Shown here: positions 49,716-62,164 of the stretch, piece after piece
Layout: each line of letters opens with the position of its first letter
Numbering within the stretch: position 1 is the stretch's first letter
NCBI GenBank assembly: GCA_013239625.1
Contig: MU054212.1
Location: 186,001-250,000, forward strand
From: Lama guanicoe
Taxonomy: Eukaryota
Length of the DNA stretch: 64,000 nucleotides
Direction of reading: 5' to 3'
Position numbers and translations under genes: made by a program
Notes under the pieces: generated by a model
What the model saw: the letters and a program-made list of their open reading frames with translations, nothing else
Told to the model about the DNA's origin: nothing
The model's database searches: none

Positions 49716-51716
49716 TTTCAGATACACTCTAATTCTCACCTTAACAAACTCTTCTATGGGTCAGGGGCAAAGCTATAGGGGCAGTTTGCCATTTTTCCTT
49801 CTTAGGTTTCCTTGGCTCTATGTCTCTCCCTCCCTTCCCAGGGCAGGTCTGTTTCAGTTCAGCTCCTGGCTGGAACATCTGGCAGGGTGCCTACCCTTGA
49901 CATTTTCTGTTTGTGGAGCCAACAGGGTGGGGAGTTGGGGGTTTGATCATCTTCACCACTGAAACATTGGAATCTGTTGAGTTAAACATTGCCCTACTGT
50001 TACCATCCCCTCCCTCGCTCTCTGCCTCCCTGTGAATGAGTCTGGAAAGAATGAACCTGAAGTCTATCTTGAAGAGCTATAAAACCTTTATGGTACGTGG
50101 GCTGCTCCTTAGGGAGTAGGGCATTAGCCTCCCTGTTCGTTCCTGGAGTAAACACAACACGTCAGCGTATTCCCTAACACGGGGTCAATGTCTGAGGGAG
50201 CGGCGCTCTCCGTGCCTGGCACCTGCTGGTGTGGAGAGGTCTGCTGGCAGCAATACACCACAATCAGCTTTGATGACGGCACTAAGGACAGAGCTCACTG
50301 CTCCAATGCCTTTTAATTCACCAAGTAATATTTATCCCATGACAGCAACATCTCCCAGACTATGCACTTCTGTTCAACCCTCTAAACTTACAGAATTTGT
50401 AAGAATGTATTCTGTAAGACTATATTACATAACAAAATATATACATATGTATTACAGTGTATTATATGATACCATGTATCCAACATTAAACAAAGAACTT
50501 ATCTCTTTCTTGAAGGTGCACACTGATTCTTAATTTAGGCTTTGGAGTTGCCCTGCTGTCCTGTTTGATGTCACTCATAACATGGTAGCTCCCTAATGCC
50601 AACAGTCTCCAGATCCTCAGTCTACAATTTATTACAGGTGTTATCTTTGAAGGCTCTATGGCACCATACCATAACTGTTGACTGTTTACCTGGAACTTTT
50701 CCTTTTATGACAACAGGTCTATGACCCTTTTTGATTCCATGGGAGGGAAAACGAAGAACATAATTAATTGTACTAGCAGTCACCATTATTCTTCCTTCTC
50801 TGGGTCTTTATCCTGTGCCAACCAGTCATCCTTTATCATGATTTTTTTCTCCAGTCAGTACTTTTCCTCCAGGCCTCTCTCCAAAGGCCTCTCAGTCCAC
50901 ATAGTCATTCTCATCTATACGGCACATTCTTATACTTCATTTGGATTCTGTTGTAGACTCAATTAGACCATATCCTGGGTAGAAGAACTGTTCATTGCTT
51001 ACAAGTATAAGGCCACCAAAAGCTGATGACATCCAACAACCAGCTAGCCATAACTACTGATAAAATACAATGGCATAAGCTTGGGAGCTCAGTTTGGAGT
51101 GCTAGTGCCATTTTACTGTCAAAGATTATGACATTGAGAAGTTCAGCCTCTTCATTGTCACCTCATTTCTCCACAAGTAGTGCCATAGTCAGTGCTAAAA
51201 TGAGGATAGGAGAGAGAATCTCAGAAAAGTCTAAAACCATGGGAGGGGGAGGAAATGGAAACAGTCTTGGGTGGCAAAGGTAATAATCACACTGAACATT
51301 TTATATCAACAAACAAAACTTTAAAAATACAATCCCTGATTACAATACAATTACAAGAACTTGATTTATGGTAAAGTTTATTACAATTCCTTTCTAAAAT
51401 GCAAGATAACTGAGCTGGGTACTAATATAGTCATGAAATATTTTCCATGAGTAAACCGAACCAGAACCTATGAGTATATTTCCTCTGAGGTGTGAGTTCA
51501 TTGTAAATCTTAATTCAACTGTAGAGTCAAATTCTATAATTTTACACTTCCATAGTGAACAACAACTCTGAAATGGAAGAAACAGTCTTATTTTTGTATT
51601 TTTGTTTTCAATGCATTCTACTTTATATTATTCATTTGCTTTCATTTGTATTATTCAATAACACATAGTTATTATATAAAGTTAATAATATATTGAAAAG
51701 TAAAAATAAAAGTTAC

Positions 51717-51886
51717 CCACAGGGAAGTATACACAAAATCTTATGGTAGCTCCCAGAGAAAAAAATGTGACAATGAGTGTGTATATGTCCATGTATGACT
51801 GAAAAATTGTGCCAAAAAGTGGAATTTGACACAACATTGTAAAATGATTATAAATCAATAAAAAATGTTAAAAAAATAAAATAAAA
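51717..51886 (+). mobile_element. Young, heavily 5'-truncated L1 (camelid-type 3'UTR) with TSD
   Basis: Same 3'UTR family as 11360-11520; 16-bp TSD taaaaataaaagttac at 51701-51716 and 51887-51902. Confidence 0.9.
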
Positions 51887-52187
51887 TAAAAATAAAAGTT
51901 ACTGATAGTCCCACTATCCAGATGGGTTAATAAGATTTAAAAAATAAAAATAAAATAAAATAAGATTTTGCTGTCTTTTTCTAGTGTATATGTCATGTAT
52001 GACTGAAAAATTGTGCCAAAAAGTGGAATTTGACACAACATTGTAAAATGATTATAAATCAATAAAAAATGTTAAAAAAATAAAATAAAATAAAAATAAA
52101 AGTTACTGATAGTCCCACTATCCAGATGGGTTAATAAGATTTAAAAAATAAAAATAAAATAAAATAAGATTTTGCTGTCTTTTTCTA
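51779..52187. repeat. Near-perfect tandem duplication (205 + 204 bp)
   Basis: 51779-51983 repeats at 51984-52187; the only difference seen is a 1-bp indel (gtccatg vs gtcatg). Confidence 0.95.
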
Positions 52188-52479
52188 TGTATAAATACAT
52201 ATAAGTATTTTTTTAACCTGGAGCATACTAGTCATACTTTTGGGAAATATGCTTTTTTCATTTAACACTATGTTAAAAACATTTCTCACTTAATGAATAT
52301 TCTCCTGAAACATAATTTTAAATATCTACAAGATAGTTGGTTATATTAATATAGTGCATTTGACTATTTGTACACCTCTAAAGACTACAAGCATGCATAG
52401 TCTCAAGATGATGTAATTTACTATCTAGTATGTTCCAAGTCTCCAACTATAAAAATTCCAACACTGAGAATAAAATTAA

Positions 52480-54470
52480 CTTCTATATACGCCAATACCA
52501 AATCCACCAGTTTAACCACATTTGTATATACTCTGTCTTCTTTGCTGCCACAAAGAATGGACTGATCTAAGATCAACCCCTTCACTTGTGCCCTGGATCT
52601 TACCTCCTCAGGACTTCTCAAGGACATCACTCTTAAAACCATCACCTCTCTCTCCAGCATCATCAGCTTTTCTCCCTCCTACCATCACCTTCAAGCATGC
52701 TCTTCTTAAAACACTCTCCTCTTAAAACACTCTTCCTTGACCTTTCAGTCCCCCTCCAGCTTCCACTTCATTCCTCTAAACCCCTATTCAGTTTCCAACT
52801 CCACTCTTCCTGTTCCCTCTAAAACAAGAGAATCAGGCTTCATTCTCACCACATCAAAATGCCCCTGTCGAGGTCGCCAGTGACCTCCACATTACCTAAT
52901 CCGGTGATCCCTGCTCATTCTTTGTCTTAATCTCTGAGCAGCACATTACAATTGAACACTGTCTCCTTGAAACAGCTTCTTCATCTCACTTTCAGTGCAC
53001 AACATTCTCCTTAGCTTATCGTCAGTTCCTCCTGAGTCTCCTTTGCTGGTTCCTCCCAACTTCCTGATCTCTAAACACTGCGGGGGAGCAGGAAGTAGGA
53101 CTCTTCCTTTCTCCATCCACACTCACTCTGAAGGTCAGTGATTTTCAACCCTGATTTATGTTAGAATAGCTTGGAGAGCTTTTAAAAACTCCCAGTGCCT
53201 GGAGCTGACCCTCAGTTATAATCTAGACCAGAGCTGGTCTAGGACGAGACCCAGTCATCCATACATGTTTTAAGCTCTCACAGTGATTCTAATGTGCAGC
53301 CAAGGTTAAGAACTCTTGTCCTGGGCCTATGTGATCTCATCCAGCCCCACAGCTTTAAATAACATCAATACAATGGAAATCCCCAAGTATTTATATGGAA
53401 TAATTATTATATATTAAATAGAGAGATTATATACATCTATTGTCTCCTGCTTGAATTTCTCTCCTGAACTCCAGATTCAAATATCTAACAACCATCTTGA
53501 CATCTCCACTTGGATGTTTACTAGGCATCTCAGACTTAATATGCCTAAAATTAAATTCTTGATTTCCTTCCACCTTCTTGCTCCATCTGTTGTCTTCTGC
53601 ATCTCAGAAAATAGCAACCTCAACCTTCCAGGTTCCCAACATGAAAACATTAGAGTCATCCCTGACACCTCTCTTTTTCTCACACTGCATTTCAATGCAT
53701 ACGTAAGTTCTGTTGACATACTCTTAAAATATACCCAGGATTCAACCTCTTCTCACCACCTCCACCACTACTGCCCCAACTTAAGTCACCATCATCTCTG
53801 AATTGTTGGTGTAACTAGTCTCACTGCTTTTGCTCTTACTCTCCCACAGTTTATACTCAACACAGCAGCCAAAAAAGTATCAAGTCATGTCACCTGTCTG
53901 CTGAGAACACTTCAGTGGCTTCCCACCTCACCCAGAGAACAAGCCAGAAGTCTTTCTATGACTGCCCCGATCTGCCCGACCCACCGCACTTCTCCAAGCT
54001 CATCTTCTGTCACTCTCTCCTTACTCACTCTGACCCAGCCACTGGCATCTTTGTTAATCCTTGAACAAATAAAACATATTCCCACCTTAGGGCTTTTGCA
54101 TTTGCTGTTCTTTCCACCTAGATTGCTCTTCCCCCAGATCTCTGGAGGCCCTGCTCCCTCACTTTCAGAAGGATCCTGTCCAAATGTCACCTTATAAAAG
54201 AGAACTTCCCTGACTATCCTGTGTAAGAGAGCTTCACTGCCCCCACCACTGCCAGTCTCTATTCATGTGTAGTGCTCTGTTTCCTCATAACATCTCTCAC
54301 CACTGACAAAACGTGTATCTGTTCGCATGCTCATCGTCAGTCTATAGAATATAGACAGTGAGCTCTCTGAGAGGGGAACTTGTTCAGAAGTGTTCACTCC
54401 TGAATCCCCACCTACTAGAATAGGCCTGACATTTATTAGATATTTAGACAAATAACTGCTGAATGAATCA
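52480..54470 (+). mobile_element. Long L2 3' portion (split by a MER5)
   Basis: 'gtcgaggtcgccagtgacctccacatt', 'ctctcctgaactccagattcaaatatctaac...gacatctccacttggatgt', terminus 'gctgaatgaatcaa'. Confidence 0.9.
53136..53320. mobile_element. MER5B-like MITE inside L2
   Basis: 'cagtgattttcaaccctg...gtgattctaatgtgcagccaaggttaagaactcttg'. Confidence 0.8.
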
Positions 54471-57249
54471 AAAAGTGAAGCTATGGTGAACCAAAAGCTG
54501 GAATAGTGACAATTCATTCAATCTTTCAGGGACTTTAGCGGTCATTTACTACAACTTAATCATCTCATATTTGAGAAGACTGTCTTGGAGCCATCAAGGG
54601 ATCCACTGAAATACTCACAGCTGTTTACTGGTAGAAACAAATTAGATGCCATACCTTCTCCTGGTGTCCCCCATTCATCCTGTTTTCAAAAATCATTCCT
54701 TTCATGTTAGGATAAGTCAACAATAAAATAAGGTACACTTACACTATCATTGCTAAGCTAAATTACTGAACTCAACTCAGATGCACAAACTGAGGTCCGA
54801 TGAAAAGAGGAATTTCAAAGACAGTAAAACTAATAACTAAGCCCAGAATCAAATGAAAATTGGGAAGCACTTTTCCCACCACTTAACCCACATCCCGACT
54901 TCCACACCACACTAAAATCATCATGATGTTGTATTCTTAATGTTCTCTTCAGTGTCTTTTATTGTTTCCATTAACAGATAGGAAAATTGAGGGAGACATC
55001 AAGAAGAGAGAGCTGTCCAGAAACATGGACATAGAAGTACAATTCTGAGGTGGCTTATGGCCATGATTAACTGCACAGAGGCATTTACTGAAGGGGAATA
55101 AAGGAGGAGGCATTTCATATCTAATAACCTGACTTTTATCTCCAGTCGCTTTAGGTATTTAGTATGTGTGAAGGAGAAGGACACTAGAAAGCATATTAAG
55201 CAGGCCTACGGGCATCAGATCTGAGGATTGGGGGGATTTTTTTTAACCATTCAAGTTCTGTTCCTTTGCTATAAGCAGCAAATCTGGCTCTAAGCCCGAC
55301 CCCTATAATAGAAGATTAACATGATAACCGGTTGCACTACTTCCTCTCCCCAAAGACTCATCCTTAACTTCCTTTGGCTAAATCACAAAGTGTGTTTTTC
55401 ATTTCCAGTTAAAATAGAGGGGGCCAGTGAGGAGAGAGAGAAAGAGAGAGAGAAAACGATGTAGTTTCTTTTAACCATCTTCCCAATTAAAAAAAAAAAA
55501 AGCACTCAGCTTAAGAAAACAAACTTAAGCAACAGTCATTTTTCAGTTTGTCTATAAAAGTAGAATAATTTATTTTTTATTACAGAGAAAAGTTTTTGTT
55601 TCTTTAAAAACTACTTGAAATAGTTTCAAAGTGTTGGGAAATCAGTGCATGAATCAAAAACATATCCAAGGAATCCTGTAAATTTCAGTGAAATCCTGTT
55701 TGCCAGATTTGGAGCATTTTTCCTCTGTCCTTTTGAACTTGTTTCTGTTCTGCTGCTCTTGCAAAATATCCTTATATATATTTTAAAACGTCTAACAGGG
55801 CAGTTCTCTTCACAGCTCACTTGCAAATCATTTGGTCACTAGGTAGGGATGTGCAGGTGAACGGGGAAGGGAGCGGGATAATCTTCATAGCAGCATTGTT
55901 CCTTTCTTCCCTCAGATCCTGAGAAGACCATTGCAGACCCAGAGGTAGTGGCCTTATTTGTAAGAAGATCCAAATCTAACATAAGTCCCTGGACCACTCA
56001 TGACAAAATACAGAATATGTAGGCACAGACCTTCAAATCTCACTGGCCTTTAAGACATGATGTAAGTAGGACAAGCGACCATGAGTGTTACGGAAATATG
56101 TAAGTAGGGGATGAGGAAGGGACTAGGACTGGAGGAAACAGATCCTGTTTTGACTTTAATTTCTGTTTTAATGTGAAAGCCATGGAATTTTTAATCACCC
56201 AGTCCCAGGCTATAGTTGATGGTTATTATTCTGGCCACCCAAGAAGACATCTCAAAAACATAACAAAATATATTTTTAACAAATGACCTCATAAGACTTG
56301 GTAGTGTGTGTGCACACTTGTGGGGCTAGACTGCTCAGTTCGTAATATCAAGAATATCTTTAACCCATCCGGAGACTTGTCAGCACTACTTAAGAAGGTC
56401 CTTGGGGCCTCATCCCAAATTCAAGATCCTTTTCCATCTTTGAAATCCAAAGGGGGAGCTAGTGTCACTTATCTAGAAAATATATGACTAACAGTTAAAT
56501 TTTGGCATGATGTCAACTCAAGTATTCAGTTACTAGACACAGAAAAAGTCATTTGGAGAGGAAAAGTCACCTGGAAGCCCTTCTATTCAGCCTCTGTTCA
56601 CTCCATTAGGTGTTTGTTGAATCAAACAATGCACGAGTTCTAGGCTTATTGAGTTTTCTCCTCCACACCACAACCTAATGTTGACAAAGGATCTTATGTA
56701 ACCACCTCTGCTGCTGAAGTCAAGCATGGGGAGTTCCCTATGGCCCTCAAAGCTCTGAGCTCCTAGTCTAGGCATCTTAAAGACTTCTGGCCTCCTGCTA
56801 GTGTTACGTTCATTAAGTCATAATTGGCAGGCCTTTTGAGCAAGAAATGAGGATTCTTCCTTTGGTGAAGGTAGGTTTGCCAGAACTGTCTACACATAGG
56901 ATACATTCGGTCACAAGTCAGCACTGAGTCCAGGCAAGGCCAAAACCCAAGTGAGTCATGGAGGCATCACTGAAGGGTGCTAACAAGGAACCCCCGACCC
57001 CCTTCCCAGCTCTGTGGACCAGCTGTTTTACTGAGCATTAAGTTTATGTGAATTCCACACATATACACCTTAGGCAAATTGTAAGCATATTTGAAGCTTA
57101 CCTTCCCAACTATCATTCTTCCTTTGACTTTATGGCTCCTCAGCACGGATGACACCAGGCCTTTCTGAATTCACACACAGGTTGCTGCCTACTGCTCTCC
57201 CAACACTGAGCGAGTTTGTAATGTCTCCCACCTAGGTGCCTCCCACACA

Positions 57250-57368
57250 GATGGGGACTGTGTTATCAGTTCCTCCCGAAAAGAAGTACGTCTACAGCAG
57301 GTATTCAGACATTCATTCTGAGCAGGTAAATGAATGAACGAATGGATGAGGTGAGTGAGTGAACAAAC
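57250..57368 (+). mobile_element. L2 3' tail
   Basis: 'ggggactgtgttat...aaatgaatgaacgaatggatgaggtgagtgagtgaa'. Confidence 0.55.
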
Positions 57369-58389
57369 GACCACACCTACCTTCTTTTCCTCTCTAACAA
57401 TAGGTCTTACCTGATTATCTTGTATGGCTTTCCTTGATTTAAAGGATTATCTCACATTTTTTTTTCTCTTAGGGAATCAGTAAATTCTACAACTTCTTTG
57501 TCCTTATATTCTTCCTCTTAACCTCACCTCCCGAGTCTTACTTTGTAGTCAGGGCTGGTGGTTTCCCATCTCAGCATGCTATCATCCCATGTGGATAGAT
57601 TGTGACCTGTGTTTCCAAGTAATCCTGAGCCGCACAGCAGGGGAGCCCCGGCCACCGCTCCTCTCCTCCTGGCAGCCTCCTCTCCCATTTTCTGACTGCA
57701 CCAAGAGCCTCCCACACCTGAATTAACCTGCCCTGTATATCTGCACGTATCAGTATGTTAACATGACCCTGAAAACTCCTCCCAAACCAACAAAGATAAT
57801 CTCCCTGTCACTGCTATACAAAAACACCTCCAAAAAGTGGAAAGCTGGGTTTCAAATCATGATAGAATTGCACATAGTTCAAAAAAGGAAAATAAAGCTC
57901 AAAGGTATTGAGATGATAATAGAGATTGTGTCAGGAAAAGTAAATCACTTATATCGCTACCTATCTTAGAGGTCCAATATCATTTTTCAAATTTTTAGTA
58001 ATAATATAACTTCAATAACAGAAAATAAGTGTACTTAAATGCTAAGCTCAAAATATCAACTAACCAGCAGGATTCATTTTCTCTAAATTCTAATCCTAAC
58101 ACTCATGTGTACCACCAATGATCAAATACCAGGGTTGCCAGGAATTTATAAAGGTCTTAGAAATACTCTCAGGTCAGAGACATGCTTACTGAAACTGAAG
58201 AAAAGAGAAAACAGAAACTGGAGTCTTTTCCATTTAACTTTATTCAAGTTTTGGCAAAGGATCTTCTTATTCTTTAGTAGGTTATCCATGCTGCTGGGTA
58301 CCTCTCTCCACCCCTGCCGTCAACTTCTTCTTAATAACCACAGCTGGTGACAAGTTTCCCTGACAGGGACAGGCAGTGATCTTCACTAG

Positions 58390-58555
58390 GGGAATAGCCA
58401 CACTGGGCATAAGAGCTGGCTCCGACACTTGACTGGTATGTAACTCAGGCAAATGATAAGCTCCCTGCACATTGACTTCTTCATTTGTAAAGAGAAGTTT
58501 TATCAGGTTTTTGGGAGGACTGAGTGAAGTATGTGAAAACACTTTGTAAACTACT
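58390..58555 (+). mobile_element. MIR SINE
   Basis: 'gctccgacacttgactggtatgtaactcaggcaaatga...cttcttcatttgtaaa...tatgtgaaaacactttgtaaact'. Confidence 0.75.
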
Positions 58556-58564
58556 TGTAAAGTT

Positions 58565-58885
58565 AGTATTGAATATTTATTGAATGCTTAGTATGTGACA
58601 GTCTCTGTGCTAAGAACGTCACATGCCTCCCATCTGCTAATCTAATGTCAGCACTACTACTTGGGAAAGTCCTTGGGGTTCATCCCAAAATGAAATCCTT
58701 TTCCCTCTTTGAAATCAAAATGCATTTATCTAGAAAATATATGAGTAATAGTTAAGCCTCCATTTTGCAGAACAGGAAACTGGGCCTGAGATAAGTTATT
58801 TCCTTTCTAAGGTCACACAACTAGCATGTTGCAAAACCCTGGACTAAACCAGGTGTGTCTGACCCCAAGCTTTTAACTACCATCT
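58565..58885 (-). mobile_element. MIR SINE carrying a locally duplicated insert
   Basis: 'aatatttattgaatgcttagtatgtgacag...[58646-58755]...ccattttgcagaacaggaaactgggcc...aaggtcacacaactag...gtctgaccccaag'. Confidence 0.8.
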
Positions 58886-59449
58886 GATTTTTTCCTGTAA
58901 AATTCCTTTAACAGCTCTGAACTGCTAAGTGGTCATGAAAATTCTTTATTATATTCATTTTTCAGAGTAATTATGATGAATCAAAATGATCATGTCCATT
59001 AAAACATTTGGTAAACCATAAAGAAGAGTTAAACAGAAGTAAGTTACTTCAGTAAAACACCATCCTCTAGCAATAAAAGGATGGCTATGTTGTTTGTAGG
59101 ATTTATTATTAAAGCAAGTATATCGAGTGAATAGCATTTGTTCCTGTTTATAGAAAGCATGAAAGCTACCAGGGGAGTTGCCTATTTAGATGTGAGCCAT
59201 GGATTACTTCGTGTTTTGTATAGTAAAAGTTCAGTTGTTTGGGTTTTTTTAATCTAGAATTTCCTGCTACCAGCAAGTACAGTGCTACGTGGCCTAAAAT
59301 ATCTCCATGCCCAGGCAGATCTGAGTGTCCTTAAAACCCCTCTCTTCATACACTTTCCTGGCTCCAAGCACTGTCTACCTTGAAACTAAATCCTAAGTAC
59401 CCCCTCCCCAAAACAAGAAAAAAATAATGTAACTATCTATTACTTTACA

Positions 59450-59640
59450 TTTCAAAGTCCTTTCTTTATCATTTGATACAGGAATGCTGAGGTTATCAGG
59501 GAAAGGTGCTTTGGCCTAATTTTGTAAGAAGGAAATTAAAATGCAGAAAAGATGAAACATTCATCTACAGTCTTATAGGCAGAAAGTCCTGAAGTTGAGA
59601 TTTGAATTCAGGACATCTGAATGTCCCCAGTTTTGCACTC
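59450..59640 (-). mobile_element. MIR SINE
   Basis: 'ttttgtaagaaggaaattaaaatgcaga...gagatttgaattcaggacatctga'. Confidence 0.6.
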
Positions 59641-59717
59641 CCAGGTATGTATCCACTTTGATGTGGTTCCACCTTGGTTGCTAAGCTACTTCTCCCGGAA
59701 GTATCTGCATCTATTCG

Positions 59718-59860
59718 ATTCCATTCAGTTCAACAACAACAATAAAATTATTGAGAATCAATTTTGTACCAGGCATTTTGGAGGTGCTGGAAATTGAATG
59801 AGGAAAAGACATGGTGTCCGCACCAAAATAATTCCTAGTCTAGAAGAGGGACAGACACAC
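59718..59860 (-). mobile_element. L2 3' tail
   Basis: 'attccattcagttcaacaa...ttattgagaatcaattttgtaccaggcatt...ctagtctagaagagggacagac'. Confidence 0.7.
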
Positions 59861-61429
59861 CGAGCTATGAGGCAGTTGACCTTGGTGTAGTGAACTAGAG
59901 GACTACTTTAAAACTTCTCTAGTTATGGGATAAAAGGTTCTATAGCAGCTAAAGGAGCTTTAGACATCAGCTGGCAGCTGAGGAGTTATTTGGTGACAAG
60001 GTGGTGAAAACAGGCTACAACTAAGCCTTGGTCACGTAAGGCTGCCTGGCAGGAATCAGGACAGATGGACCTGACAGTCCCCGCTCAGTTTCCCCATGTT
60101 CCCTCTGTGACTGTTGGTGGCCTAGTTCTGGCAAATGCTCCATCTGCCTCTTCCAACCACAGCTCTCACTCCCAACACAGATTCTGGGTCTACCAAATCC
60201 CTCCCTCTAAACCAAGACTCCCCAAAGCCAGGAATCCAGTGTGCTCGCTCTGCCTGATCCCGCTCCTGCCCCTTTATCCTCCACGGCCATTTCCCCCAGC
60301 AAATCTCCAGCACACCTAAACCCACCTTGACATATACTTCTTGGAGGACCAGAACATACACACTGTGCTTGGCAAAATTTAAACTGCAACAATGGTACTT
60401 TATAGGCCACTCCAAGCTAAGGAATTAAAGGCAAAAAAGTCATAAAAATATGGTTTGGTAGTATACAAGTAGTAAAAACTACCAAAATTTATATGAACTA
60501 TTCACCATTTATGCCTAATTACCACGTGGAACAATTACAATCATGCAGATTATTAAATACAGGTCAAATTAACTCTTTTGTGGGTCTGATTAAGGCACTT
60601 AATGGTGTTCTTTGTATCTACTAAATGACTAAAAAGATTTTTTTAAAGATTAGAGAAAAACAACGTAGACAGAGACCAATTGTCTTCAAAATCCATGTAT
60701 CATAAAAGGACAAACTTTAAGTCGTCTCCTGAAGACACTTAGCAAAGATTTGTCCTTCTTGCATCTCACCTTGGGTTGTGAGATTTCAATTATGAGGGAA
60801 GAAACACCTTCATTTCTTATGTGTGATCCTTTCAAATTTGTTTTTCTTCCAACCAAATACTGCCTTTCTGGGATTGCTCCACATTCTCCAGTGAAAGTGT
60901 TCATGTTCTCCAGGGCACCCGAGCCCACACCTGGAAATGTGCGCCCCTAGTTTGCTAACAGTGGACACGCCAGGCAGCCTGGACCACAGGCAGGGAACAG
61001 CTTGCGCTGCCTGAGTCACGGAACCCATGTGCCCCGGGTTAATCTTCGGACCCAGGCAGCTGCAGGTGAGTGTAGTCATGCCCCGTCTGTGACCACACAG
61101 GCTTTTCACCCTCTTGAATCAGCACGGCGCTGTGCGGGTAAGACAGTGCTGTCCCTGGGTGGCAGATAGGCAAGCTGAGACAGGAAATGTCAGAAGTTCA
61201 CAAGAGAATGCCAAACCCTTACCCCTACTCCTCTTAGCTTTTGGGTTTGCACCCAATCTTCAAGGCAACCTTTTTGCCTTGACTCACACCGAGAAGCCAG
61301 GATAGATATCTTCCCAGGGCTCTGGGGACTCCTAATACAGGGTGGAAATTGCCAAGTGGGCTGTTTTTTGTGCAATAAATCTTCAGTGATCTGGGGGAGA
61401 ATCAGGGGAACATTTCTTGGAGATCTATC

Positions 61430-61630
61430 TGGAAGGTAATCATCCAGGCGTTACTCTGGGCATTTTACATATCTTATCATATTTAACTCCCATTATAATC
61501 TGTTTTCCTGGTGAAAAAATTGGGGGTCACAGAAGTTAAATAACCTATTTAAGGTCACACTGGAAGTGGCAAAATCAGAATTTGGACAATGATCTGTTAA
61601 ACTCCAACATCTGTCCTTCCCATGTTACTT
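61430..61630 (-). mobile_element. MIR SINE
   Basis: 'cagaagttaaataacctatttaaggtcacactggaagtggcaaaatcagaatttgg'. Confidence 0.75.
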
Positions 61631-61677
61631 CTCAGGAGTTTTTCTCCAAACAGATAAAGGAGCTTAGAGTCACATAG

Positions 61678-62164
61678 GTACCCATTTCCTATCCTATTTG
61701 CTGTAACAAATCACCACAAACTTAGTAGTTTCTTAAAACAGTACAAGTTTATTATCTCACAGTTCTGGAAGTCAGAAAAGTCTGAAAAAGGTCCCTGCTA
61801 AAAGCAAGGTGTCAGCAAGGCTGCATTCCTTCTGGAGGCCCCAGGAGAGAGTTACTATTTCCTACCTTTTCCAGCTTCTAGGGGCCACCATATCCCTTTC
61901 CTCACGGCCTCTTCCTCCATAGTCACATACATCATTCCAACCTCTGCTTCCTTTGTTACCCGTCCTTTTGCTGACTTTGATCCTTTGCCTCACACTTATA
62001 AGAACCCTTGTGATTACATGGGGCCGACCGGGATAATCTCCCCATCTCAAGATCCTTAACTTAGTTACGCTTGCAAAGTCTCTTTTCTCATGTACAGTAA
62101 CATGGTCACATGCCTGAGCATTAGGACAGGACATCTTTGGGAACAATTTTCTGTCTAATGCACA
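61678..62164 (-). mobile_element. MLT1C/D-type solo LTR
   Basis: 'gctgtaacaaatcaccacaaacttagt...tctcacagttctggaagtcagaa...ggataatctccccatctcaagatccttaactta'; probable TSD catag/catat. Confidence 0.9.

Noticed and set aside
51110..51175. Possible CR1/L3 RT remnant on the minus strand (NEEAELLNVIIFDS, cf. EKAELLNxxFASVF)
   Set aside because: The match is too short to distinguish from chance without a profile search.
54737..54791. Minus-strand mini-exon with a GTAAGT donor
   Set aside because: Only 47 nt, rich in stop codons, with no partner exons found.
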